Shown here one piece after another: positions 19,986 through 27,838 of a stretch of 64,000 nt of DNA. How positions within the stretch are numbered: position 1 is the first letter of the stretch; the number at the start of each line of letters is the position of its first letter. The notes beneath the pieces were generated by a model, which was not told the origin of the DNA, did not search any database, and was given only the letters and a program-made list of their open reading frames with translations. The position numbers and the translations under genes are program-made. This stretch comes from Alphaproteobacteria bacterium (GTDB lineage Bacteria; Pseudomonadota; Alphaproteobacteria; UBA8366; JADFVY01), in NCBI GenBank assembly GCA_041584475.1, contig JBFHDX010000007.1, forward strand, positions 248 to 64,247. Reading direction: 5' to 3'.

Positions 19986-20120
19986 AAGTATATCATCCAC
20001 TTACGTGGAATCGGCACCGGCCCGCTCCCGCACCCGGCCACCCAACGGCACCGCACGCTGCGGGTGGCCGGGTGGGGGACCGGGCCGGAGCGAAATAATC
20101 GGATAATGCCCTGGCGGGCG
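19986..20120 (+). repeat. dispersed intergenic repeat, copy B (longest copy, with complete internal hairpin)
   Basis: AAGTATATCATCCACTTACGTGGAATCGG is followed by a ~27-bp-arm hairpin (CCGGCCCGCTCCCGCACCCGGCCACCC / GGGTGGCCGGGTGGGGGACCGGGCCGG), then GAGCGAAATAATCGGATAATGCCCTGGCGGGCG. Confidence 0.8.
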
Positions 20121-20140
20121 CAACCGCGCGCAGCCGCCGG

Positions 20141-20176
20141 AAAAAAAGGCCTGCCGCGCGCGAGGCGCGGCAGGCC
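20141..20176 (-). terminator. rho-independent terminator downstream of the vWA lipoprotein gene
   Basis: On the minus strand, a GGCCTGCCGCGC / GCGCGGCAGGCC 12-bp stem is followed by T7. Confidence 0.75.
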
Positions 20177-20204
20177 GCCCGTGGACAGCGGGACGTAATC
20201 CGGT

Positions 20205-20861
20205 TCAGCCGGGCAGCAGCTCGTCGAGATTGTCGAGGTTGTTGATCACCTTCCACTCGCCGCCGCCCTCGATGACCCGCGCCTGCCAGTAGTCGAGACG
20301 GGTCATGTACTCGCGCGGGTCGACGTTGTCGCTGCGCAGCTTGGTGACGTTCAGCGCGACCACGTTGTAGTCCTCGAGCGCGAAGGTCAGGCCTTTGCGG
20401 ACGAAGCCCTTCTTGAGCTCTTCCTTGAGGTCGGAATAGATCACGATGGTCTTGGTCCGGACGCCCTTCTCGTCGAGGAACTCGGAGGCCTGCAGGATGC
20501 CGCCGGTGATGTCGGTGTACTGCGCCGGCTTCACCGAGCGCACGAAGGCGGCGATCTGATCCTGGAACACCCGCTTCTGCTGGTTGGCGACGCTCGGCCG
20601 GTCGTCCAGCGTGACCTTGGCGATGATGTCCTTCTCGCTGAAGCTGCCCGTGTCGATGCGGGCGACGGCGAAGGAATCGCCCGGGTCGAGCTTGGTCAGG
20701 ATGGCGCTGATGATCTGCTGCGCCTTCTTGAGCTCGGCGGTGTAGGTGCCCGAGGTGTCGAGCAGCATGTAGACGCCCTGCCCGGACCCCGTGTTCGAGT
20801 CGCAACCCGAGACCGGCAGCGTCAGCCCGATCGCGACCAAGATGGTTGCCAGCCGGTACAT
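20205..20861 (-). CDS. vWA-like (MIDAS-containing) lipoprotein
   Basis: 218 aa with a lipobox (LTLPVSGC). It has MIDAS-like residues: LLDTSGT (DxSxS/T), YTDITGG and VIYSDLKE. Confidence 0.7.
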   Translation of the reverse strand: MYRLATILVAIGLTLPVSGCDSNTGSGQGVYMLLDTSGTYTAELKKAQQIISAILTKLDPGDSFAVARIDTGSFSEKDIIAKVTLDDRPSVANQQKRVFQDQIAAFVRSVKPAQYTDITGGILQASEFLDEKGVRTKTIVIYSDLKEELKKGFVRKGLTFALEDYNVVALNVTKLRSDNVDPREYMTRLDYWQARVIEGGGEWKVINNLDNLDELLPG

Positions 20862-20862
20862 G

Positions 20863-22335
20863 TCAGGCGGCCTCCTTCCCGAATGAGGTCTGCGGCTCGC
20901 GCTTCTCCTTGGGCCGGCGGCCGGAGGCGTTCGCCGCGCCGCGGCGCAGCACCATCTCCACGCCCAGGGGGACGCAGGCGAGCACGTCGTAAACGTTGAC
21001 GAGCATCAGGCCGAGATGCCGGATGATCGTCCCGGCGACGCGCAGCAACGCGGCGAAGCCGCGCATGCCGGCGGCGATGCCGGTGCCGAAGACGTTGCGG
21101 CCGGTATGGACCAGCGTCTCCAGCGGGATCGCGACCACCGCCAGCACGTAGGGCAGGAAGAAGCCGAGTCCCATCTGCGCGGCCGTGGTGATCCAGTTGA
21201 ACCACTTGTTGGATGCCGCCGCCGCGGCCGCCGCGTCGCCGCGCAGGAAGGCGTTCGTCGCCTGCTCGTCCTGCACCAGGATCTCGCGCATCAGCGCCAG
21301 GCCGGCCTCGATGCAGGCGAACATGGTCAGCAGGAACAGGCAGAAATACGCCATGCGCACGCGCGTCGTGTCCTTCAGCGCGTGGATCACCGGGAACAGG
21401 TTGGTGATGCGCAGCGCCTCCATCAGGAACACGCCCATGAAGACTTCGAGCAGGATGATGACGAGCGCCGCGATCTCGGAGATGCGCAGGCCGCCGACGA
21501 TGACGTTGCCGCCGACCATCTCGGCCATCGGCCGCGCGATCAGGCGGAAGTTGATGCCGGCGCCGACGACGGCGATGCCGAGTACGAACGCCGAGACGAT
21601 GAAATAGGTGAAGGACGAGGTCGAGAGCTTGCGCTGCGCCTGGTCGGTCTTCTTCAGGATGCCCTCGTAGTCCGCCATGTGCTTGTCGATCAGCTTCGAC
21701 TTCTCGAGCAAGTTGCCGACGTCCTTGTCGACCTTGGTCAGCGTCGCGTCGAGCTTGCGGATGTCGGGTATCATCGACTTCAGGTGCTTGTGCCGCTCCT
21801 GCGTGCCCTTGCGGTATTCGTCGGTCGCCGCGGCGTGCGCCTTGACCAGCGAGGAATGGATGACCTCGAGGATCTTCGAGACCATCGGGTCGCCCTTCGA
21901 ATTGATGTTGGCGACGGCCTTGACCGCCTCGACCCAGCCCGGCGGCGAGGGCGGCACCTCGGTACTCTTCTGGTGGTCTTCCTCGACCTTGGTGATGTAT
22001 TCGGTGACCCGCCGGGACAGCGTCGGTACGTCGGCCAGATCGCGCTTGACCGCGCCCTCGATGCGCTCGAACTCGCGCTCGATGTCGCGCTCCTTCTGCT
22101 CGCGCCCGTGCGACAGCAGCACTTCGCGGTTGCGCAGCGCGAAGTTCGCCTCCGCGCGCAGCACCGACCGCGCGGCGACGCGCAGGCCGCGGTACAGGGC
22201 GTACGTCAGGGTCAGGATTGCCTGATGCGCCGGCTTCCGTGCCAGATAGAGAACGATCGAGAGCAGGACGAACCAGATCACTCCCGACATCGCGACATTG
22301 TTCGGCACGAGCATGAAAGCCTTGTCGAACGTCAT
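20863..22335 (-). CDS. hypothetical polytopic membrane protein with a ~200-aa coiled-coil/helical insert
   Basis: 490 aa. It has an N-terminal TM (VIWFVLLSIVLYLA), then a charged helical region (EQKERDIEREFERIEGAVKRD...KLDATLTKVDKDVGNLLEKSKLIDKHMADYEGILKK), then at least 5 TM segments. Its stop lies 1 nt before the ATG of the downstream lipoprotein gene. I recognise no family. Confidence 0.7.
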   Translation of the reverse strand: MTFDKAFMLVPNNVAMSGVIWFVLLSIVLYLARKPAHQAILTLTYALYRGLRVAARSVLRAEANFALRNREVLLSHGREQKERDIEREFERIEGAVKRDLADVPTLSRRVTEYITKVEEDHQKSTEVPPSPPGWVEAVKAVANINSKGDPMVSKILEVIHSSLVKAHAAATDEYRKGTQERHKHLKSMIPDIRKLDATLTKVDKDVGNLLEKSKLIDKHMADYEGILKKTDQAQRKLSTSSFTYFIVSAFVLGIAVVGAGINFRLIARPMAEMVGGNVIVGGLRISEIAALVIILLEVFMGVFLMEALRITNLFPVIHALKDTTRVRMAYFCLFLLTMFACIEAGLALMREILVQDEQATNAFLRGDAAAAAAASNKWFNWITTAAQMGLGFFLPYVLAVVAIPLETLVHTGRNVFGTGIAAGMRGFAALLRVAGTIIRHLGLMLVNVYDVLACVPLGVEMVLRRGAANASGRRPKEKREPQTSFGKEAA

Positions 22336-22414
22336 GGAATCTCCTTTCCCGGCGCACCCGCGCGGTGGCGCCTGATACCGAAAATGCTAGCCGACATCTA
22401 TGCCGCAAAAGCCA

Positions 22415-22429
22415 TTAACACCAAGTTAA
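22415..22429. promoter_or_regulatory. perfect CtrA-type box TTAA-N7-TTAA
   Basis: TTAAcaccaagTTAA lies in the divergent intergenic region, about 87 bp upstream of the ATG at 22335 (minus-strand gene). Confidence 0.45.
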
Positions 22430-22509
22430 GAGCTGGGCATTTATTTGGCATTTTAGCTTTGCGTATTTGCCGGGACTGGCGCATTTACATTGGCGACACC
22501 ACGATCATT

Positions 22510-22545
22510 GTGTCGCGCGAACGAATCGTGTCGCGCGAACGAATC
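22510..22545 (+). repeat. perfect 18-bp tandem duplication (GTGTCGCGCGAACGAATC x2) upstream of purE
   Basis: Read directly from the sequence. A partial third GTGTCGC occurs at 22552, and another GCGCGAACGAA occurs at 22598-22610. Confidence 0.9.
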
Positions 22546-22672
22546 CCGCCGGTGTCGCCACTTCGCCGCAACCAGGATCGGGGCAACCCGTCCTCCTTGC
22601 GCGAACGAAGGCCCTCCCTATAATGCGCCGCTCTTGATACATCCGCATTGCGACAAAAAAAGGGCAATCGTC

Positions 22673-23164
22673 ATGGCCCAAGCGCCGGTCGTCGGCATCA
22701 TCATGGGCAGCCAGTCGGACTGGTCGACCATGCGCCATGCCGCGGAAACCCTGGAGAATCTGGGCATTCCCTGCGAAACCCGGATCGTCTCGGCGCATCG
22801 CACGCCGAGACGCATGGTCGATTATGCGGAAGACGCCCGCGCCCGCGGCCTGAAGGTCATCATCGCCGGCGCCGGCGGCGCCGCGCACCTGCCGGGCATG
22901 GTGGCGTCGCTGACGTCGCTGCCGGTGTTCGGCGTGCCGGTCGAGAGCGCCTCGCTGCGCGGCATGGACAGCCTGCTGTCGATCGTGCAGATGCCGCCGG
23001 GCGTGCCGGTCGGCACGCTCGCCATCGGCCGCGCCGGCGCGATCAACGCGGCGCTGCTGGCGGCCGCGGTCGTGGCGCTGCAGGACGAAGCGGTCGCCGA
23101 GGCGCTCGACGCGTGGCGGCAGCGGCAGACCGACACGGTTGCCCGCGAGCCGAAGGATGACTGA
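22673..23164 (+). CDS. purE: 5-(carboxyamino)imidazole ribonucleotide mutase
   Basis: This is ORF 22490..23164. The real start is the ATG at 22673 ([17 protein letters not shown]...SAHRTP...[10 protein letters not shown]). Confidence 0.95.
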   Translation: MAQAPVVGIIMGSQSDWSTMRHAAETLENLGIPCETRIVSAHRTPRRMVDYAEDARARGLKVIIAGAGGAAHLPGMVASLTSLPVFGVPVESASLRGMDSLLSIVQMPPGVPVGTLAIGRAGAINAALLAAAVVALQDEAVAEALDAWRQRQTDTVAREPKDD

Positions 23165-24248
23165 CCGCATTCCGCCGAACGCGACGATCGGCATCTTCGG
23201 CGGCGGCCAGCTCGGCCGCATGACCGCGATGGCGGCCGCGAGGCTCGGCTACAAGTGCCATGTCTACGCGCCCGAGGCCGGCGGCCCGGCGTCGCAGGTC
23301 GCCGCGCGCCGCACGGTCGCGGCCTACGACGACGCGGCACAGCTCGAGGCGTTCGCGCGCGCGGTCGACGTGGCGACGCTCGAGTTCGAGAACGTTCCCG
23401 TCGAGGCCGTGCGCCGCGTCGCCGCGATCACGCCCGTGCACCCCGGCGCCGACGTGCTCGAGATCGCCCAGGACCGGGCGCGCGAGAAGGCGTTTCTGAA
23501 CGACATCGACGTTGCCACCGCGGCGTGGGCGGAGGTCGTCGACGTCGCCTCGCTAGAGCACGCCGCGCGCGCGATCGGCACCCCGGCGGTGCTCAAGAGC
23601 GCGCGCCTCGGTTACGACGGCAAGGGACAGGCCGCGGTCGAACCCGGTACCGACCTCGCCGGCGCCTTCCGCAAGGTCGGCGGCGAGCGCTCGATCCTCG
23701 AGGGCTGGGTCGATTTCGCGTGCGAGATCTCGGTCCTCGTCGCACGCGATGCCGACGGCGCCATGGCCACCTGGCCGGCGGCGGAGAACCACCATGTGCG
23801 CCACATCCTCGACACCAGCATCGTGCCGGCGCGCATCGCGCCGGAAACGGCGGACCGGGCCGAAGGCATCGCCCGCCACGTCGCCCGCGAGATCGGCCTC
23901 GTCGGGGTGCTTGCGGTCGAGATGTTCGTCGCCGGCGACGGCGCCGTGCTGGTCAACGAGCTGGCGCCGCGCCCGCACAATTCAGGGCACTGGACGATCG
24001 ACGGCTGCGCCACGAGCCAGTTCGAACAGCTGGTCCGCGCGGTCTGCGGCCTGCCGCTCGGCTCGACCGAGCGGAACGCCGACGCGGTCATGAAGAACCT
24101 GATCGGTGACGAAGTCGACGACTGGCCCCGGCTGCTCGCCGAACCCGGCGCGCGCGTGCACCTCTACGGCAAGCCGGAGGTTCGGCCGGGGCGCAAGATG
24201 GGCCACGTCACGCGGCTGAGCCCGCGCCGCGACCGCGAGTCGGGCTAG
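23157..24248 (+). CDS. purK: 5-(carboxyamino)imidazole ribonucleotide synthase
   Basis: It has an ATP-grasp fold pattern ([38 protein letters not shown]). The ATG at 23157 overlaps the purE stop. Confidence 0.95.
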   Translation: MTDRIPPNATIGIFGGGQLGRMTAMAAARLGYKCHVYAPEAGGPASQVAARRTVAAYDDAAQLEAFARAVDVATLEFENVPVEAVRRVAAITPVHPGADVLEIAQDRAREKAFLNDIDVATAAWAEVVDVASLEHAARAIGTPAVLKSARLGYDGKGQAAVEPGTDLAGAFRKVGGERSILEGWVDFACEISVLVARDADGAMATWPAAENHHVRHILDTSIVPARIAPETADRAEGIARHVAREIGLVGVLAVEMFVAGDGAVLVNELAPRPHNSGHWTIDGCATSQFEQLVRAVCGLPLGSTERNADAVMKNLIGDEVDDWPRLLAEPGARVHLYGKPEVRPGRKMGHVTRLSPRRDRESG

Positions 24249-24260
24249 CGCGCCGGCGCC

Positions 24261-24288
24261 GATTCCACGCACGTGGATGACGTACTAG
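24261..24288 (-). repeat. dispersed intergenic repeat, copy C (5' module only, inverted orientation)
   Basis: The reverse complement reads CTAGTACGTCATCCACGTGCGTGGAATC. Its TAG is the stop codon of the minus-strand COQ9-like gene. Confidence 0.7.
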
Positions 24289-24926
24289 CGCCGTTCGGCC
24301 CGGAACGATCCGAAGGGTCGGGCCATGCCCGCTGCGCGTTCGCGCAGCCGCCCGCTGGCGCGGCCGAATCGGGCGGCGTCGGCGAGCCGGCGGTCGAGGA
24401 AGTCCCAGCTGTCGGCGAAACCGTCGGAGCGGTCGCCCAGCCAGTACAGCACGGTGGCGCCGTACACGGCCGCGAGCAGCCCTCGCTTGCTGTAGAAATT
24501 CCAGTCGGTGGCCGTATCCCCCGCGGCGCGCCAGATCGCGTCGACGGTGCGATAGAGGCAGCGCGCGCCAAGCGCCGCGTGCTGCGGCATCGACAGGAAG
24601 GCAAGTGCACGCTGCACCGCCTCCCGATGCGGCGCCGCCTGCTCGAGGCGCATGCGGACCGCCGCCTTGACGCGCGCCGTCGTGCCCGCGGATTCGAGGT
24701 CCTGCTTTGCCAGCGCCTCCAGCATCCGGCGGTCGGACAGCCGGCTGAAATGCTCGACCATGTCGGTCGGACCGTGCGGGAACGCCCGGTGCGCATCGTC
24801 CATGCCGACGCCGGCATCGCCGGCCGCGCGCCGCAGCGCCGTCAGCGTCCAGCCGTCGAACGGCACGTGCGCGACCACGGCGTCGAGCAGACGATCGCGC
24901 ATCCCGTCGAGGTCGGCCGCCGTCAT
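24285..24926 (-). CDS. COQ9-family / rpsU-divergently-transcribed protein
   Basis: This is the C-terminal 213 codons of the artefactual 503-aa ORF. It starts at MTAADLDGMRDRLLDAVVAHVPFDGWT and sits in the conserved position near rpsU. Its ATGA overlaps the def stop. Confidence 0.8.
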   Translation of the reverse strand: MTAADLDGMRDRLLDAVVAHVPFDGWTLTALRRAAGDAGVGMDDAHRAFPHGPTDMVEHFSRLSDRRMLEALAKQDLESAGTTARVKAAVRMRLEQAAPHREAVQRALAFLSMPQHAALGARCLYRTVDAIWRAAGDTATDWNFYSKRGLLAAVYGATVLYWLGDRSDGFADSWDFLDRRLADAARFGRASGRLRERAAGMARPFGSFRAERR

Positions 24927-25507
24927 ACCGCCTTCGCCTCGGGTCGCGCCTCGGGGTCGCCGATGGCCGCCCGCATCCGCTCCGGCATGCCGTGGCGCAA
25001 CTCCTCCTGGAACATCAGCAGCGACAGGTCGGTCATGCGCTGCGGGTAGAGGATGCCGTCGAGATGGTCGCATTCGTGCTGTACGACCCGGGCGTGGAAA
25101 TCGGCCGCTTCGCGCTCGATCCGCTCGCCCGTCGGCGTCAGCCCGGCATAGCGGATGCGCGTGAAGCGGGGCACGGCGCCGACCAGCCCGGGCACCGACA
25201 GGCAGCCCTCCCAGCCGAGCGCCGTCTCGTCGGTCAGGGGCTCGATCTCGGGGTTGATCAGCACGGTCGGCGGCTGCGGCGCCGCGGGCTCGGCGTCGCC
25301 GGCCCGCTCTTCGGGGACGTGGAAGACGACGACGCGCAGCGGAACGTGGACCTGCGGCGCGGCAAGCCCGGCGCCGTCCGCGTCCCGCATCGTCTCGATC
25401 ATGTTGCGCACCAGCGCCTGGATCTGCGGTGCCGTCGGGTCGTCGACCTCGGCGGCGCGGCCGCGCAGGACGGGATGGCCCATGCGGGCGATTTTCAGAA
25501 TGGCCAT
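24923..25507 (-). CDS. def: peptide deformylase
   Basis: The sequence MAILKIARMGHPVLR...GAGLAAPQV...EGCLSVPG...QHECDHLDG carries all three PDF motifs. Confidence 0.9.
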   Translation of the reverse strand: MAILKIARMGHPVLRGRAAEVDDPTAPQIQALVRNMIETMRDADGAGLAAPQVHVPLRVVVFHVPEERAGDAEPAAPQPPTVLINPEIEPLTDETALGWEGCLSVPGLVGAVPRFTRIRYAGLTPTGERIEREAADFHARVVQHECDHLDGILYPQRMTDLSLLMFQEELRHGMPERMRAAIGDPEARPEAKAV

Positions 25508-25719
25508 GGACGGCAATATGGGGCCTTGGGGACGGACGGTAAAGGCCGCGGAACCGTGCCCGTCCGCGCGCCGAAAATGTGCGCCCGCGGGCGGTTTCGG
25601 CCGCTTGCCGCCCTTCACAATCCGCACCGGTTATGCTATAAGCCGCCTGCCGTCGGGCCGGAGGGCCGGTTCGGGACAGGCGGTTTGTCCCCGCGCAGCA
25701 TGGAAAGGATGAGCACAAG

Positions 25720-25923
25720 GTGCAGGTAACCGTTCGCGACAACAACGTCGACCAGGCGCTCCGCGCGCTGAAGAAGAAGATGCAGCGCGAAGGCATCTTC
25801 CGCGAGATGAAGCTTCGCCGCTCCTACGAAAAGCCGTCGGAGCGCCGGGCGCGCGAAAAGGCGGAGGCGGTGCGCCGCTATCGCAAGCTGCTGCGCAAGC
25901 GCAAACAGCGCGAGGGGTTCTGA
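25720..25923 (+). CDS. rpsU: 30S ribosomal protein S21
   Basis: 67 aa, starting at a GTG: [31 protein letters not shown]... Confidence 0.95.
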   Translation: MQVTVRDNNVDQALRALKKKMQREGIFREMKLRRSYEKPSERRAREKAEAVRRYRKLLRKRKQREGF

Positions 25924-25960
25924 GGCCCGCGCTTCGGACATGCTGCAGGGACACGGAAAA

Positions 25961-25995
25961 GCGCCCGGGGTATCGGCCCGCGGGCGTTTTTGTTT
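25961..25995 (+). terminator. rho-independent terminator after rpsU
   Basis: A GC stem (CGCCCG...CGGGCG) is followed by TTTTTGTTTG. Confidence 0.7.
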
Positions 25996-26012
25996 GTCCG
26001 GCGGCTGAATAG

Positions 26013-26447
26013 ATGGCCAGGAAGCGCAGCGGAGAGCCGTGGCTGCCGGCCGACGCCTACGGCCGCACCCTGAAGGGGTTCGGCGTCAATCTCCTGGTGC
26101 GCGACGTCGCCGAGTCCGTGGCCTTCGCGACCGGCGTGCTCGGCGCCGAGATCGTTTACAGCGACGCGGATTTCGCAGTGCTGCGCCGGGGCGCGGCGGA
26201 ATGGATGCTGCACGCCGACCACGCTTACGACCGGCACCCGCTGTACGGCTTCGTCGTCGATGCCGAGGGGCGCGGCGCCGGTGCCGAGCTGCGGCTCTAC
26301 GATTGCGATCCGGATGCGGCCGAGGCGGCCGCCCGCGCGCACGGCCATACGGTGCTGGCCGGGGCGGCCGACAAGCCGCACGGGCTGCGCGAGGCCTATC
26401 TGCTCGATCCCGACGGCTATTGCTGGGTGCCCAGCCGGCCGCTTTGA
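26013..26447 (+). CDS. VOC/glyoxalase-family protein
   Basis: 144 aa. It has a beta-alpha-beta-beta-beta-like pattern (FGVNLLVRDVAESVAF...HGLREAYLLDPDGYCWV). Confidence 0.7.
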   Translation: MARKRSGEPWLPADAYGRTLKGFGVNLLVRDVAESVAFATGVLGAEIVYSDADFAVLRRGAAEWMLHADHAYDRHPLYGFVVDAEGRGAGAELRLYDCDPDAAEAAARAHGHTVLAGAADKPHGLREAYLLDPDGYCWVPSRPL

Positions 26448-26676
26448 GCGCCGGGGAACGCCGGAAAGACCAGAGTACAACGCCCCTTTTTGGCGGTGCC
26501 GGACGGTTGCTTCTGGTTGGGGACGCGAGGCTCAAATTGGCGAGCACCGAGTTCCAAGATGCAATCGGCCCAGGCAGTTCGGGTTTTGACCCTAGAAGTT
26601 GTATGGATACTATCGGCGAGCCGCATTTGGCCGACGTGAAATCAGGACCGGGTGAGTAACCCGAAGGGGGTAGGAC

Positions 26677-26691
26677 TTAACACGTCCTTAA
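26677..26691. promoter_or_regulatory. perfect CtrA-type box TTAA-N7-TTAA
   Basis: TTAAcacgtccTTAA lies in the 449-bp AT-richer gap, about 205 bp upstream of the EB_dh-like/MCP gene pair. Confidence 0.45.
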
Positions 26692-26802
26692 CCCGATTCG
26701 CCGCATATTCTTGACGAAAATCCCCGTTTTCGCGGGATTTTCACGGTGGAAACATCGTCGGGAGTCTTGAACCAGGTTCCCTGTAACACTTGAAACCGCT
26801 CG

Positions 26803-26828
26803 GGAACGGCATCGCCGACAAACGCGTT
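26803..26828 (+). promoter_or_regulatory. candidate EcfG-type (general stress response ECF sigma) promoter GGAAC-N17-CGTT
   Basis: GGAAC (26803-26807), a 17-nt spacer, then CGTT (26825-26828), lying 69 nt upstream of the ATG at 26897. Confidence 0.35.
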
Positions 26829-26896
26829 GGCACGCTTGTTGCGTACGACTGCCGGGCGCCCGTTCGCGGGTAATTCTGACCAAGAGGGTTTTATAG

Positions 26897-27766
26897 ATGT
26901 GCAATCATGAATTGAATAAGACGCTTGCCTTGGCGGTTTTGACCGCCGGATTTGCCGCAGGATCCGTCCTGCCGGCCACGGCGCAGACGGCAATCCAGGC
27001 CACGGCGCTGCAGAAGCCGATCCAGGTCGACGGCGATCCCGCAGACTGGACCGGCGTGCCCGGCCATCGCATTGCCCTGCGGGGCGCCGGCGGGGTCGAC
27101 TCCGTCGAGATGAAGTTCGGTATTCGCGGCGACACGATTTACGTGCTCGCGATCTGGGATGACGCGACCGAGAGCCGGCTGCACAAGCCGTATGCGTGGA
27201 ATGAGGAGCTGCACACCTATCGCCGTACCGATCAGCTGGAGGACCGGTTCGCCATCAACTTCCTGATGTCGGGCGAGTTTTCCAACAGCAAGATGTCCGG
27301 TGCCGAGTTCACCGCCGACGTCTGGCACTGGAAGGCCTCGCGTTCCGATCCGGCCGGCATCGCGCACGACAAGATGTGGCGGGTGTCGAGGACCGAGTTC
27401 GAGGGCTCGAAGAAATGGACCGGCGAGAACGGCCAGACCATTTACCTCGCGCGTCCGAGCGACGAGGGCGACCGGCTGTATCGCCCGGTGAAGTACGTCA
27501 CCAGGCAGGGCGATCTGATGCCGCGTTACGAGGTCAACCTGAACCCGCGCGGCAGCGTTGCCGATATCCGGGCGAAGGGCGTCTGGCGGAACGGCCGCTG
27601 GTATCTGGAGCTCTCGCGCAAGCTCGATACGGGCAACGCGGACGATGCGGTAATCCCGGCGTCCGGCCGGATTCCGTTCGCCGTTGCGGCGTTCAACGAT
27701 GTCGACAGCGAGAAGCACAGCGTGTCCGAGGCGTTGGTCCTCCATACGGGCAATTACGGAAACTGA
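26897..27766 (+). CDS. secreted EB_dh/DOMON-like (ethylbenzene-dehydrogenase gamma-type, putative haem-binding) domain protein
   Basis: 289 aa with a signal peptide (LALAVLTAGFAAGSVLPATAQ). The motifs IQVDGDPADWTGVP and ADVWHWKASRSDPAGIAHDKMW fit my recollection of PF09459. Confidence 0.6.
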   Translation: MCNHELNKTLALAVLTAGFAAGSVLPATAQTAIQATALQKPIQVDGDPADWTGVPGHRIALRGAGGVDSVEMKFGIRGDTIYVLAIWDDATESRLHKPYAWNEELHTYRRTDQLEDRFAINFLMSGEFSNSKMSGAEFTADVWHWKASRSDPAGIAHDKMWRVSRTEFEGSKKWTGENGQTIYLARPSDEGDRLYRPVKYVTRQGDLMPRYEVNLNPRGSVADIRAKGVWRNGRWYLELSRKLDTGNADDAVIPASGRIPFAVAAFNDVDSEKHSVSEALVLHTGNYGN

Positions 27767-27838
27767 CGCGATAGCGCTTGCCCCGGCGGCCGACTTTTTT
27801 CTGGCGGCCGTCGGGGCGACATCGCGGGGGATCTCGAA

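Noticed and set aside
22433-22451. A sigma-54-like GG-N10-GC element (cTGGGCATttattTGGCAt) upstream of purE.
   Set aside because: The spacing fits, but the -12 element is TGGC rather than TTGC, no enhancer-binding-protein gene or UAS is evident, and purE is not an expected RpoN target. It is more likely part of an AT-rich tract with repeated GGCATTT motifs.
25508-25719. A structured leader upstream of rpsU (CCGCCTGCC...GACAGGCGG stem) as a possible S21 autoregulatory element, plus a TTCACA-N16-CTATAA promoter.
   Set aside because: It is plausible, but I could not define it confidently. There is a single imperfect stem and no comparative evidence available here, so I do not report it as a feature.
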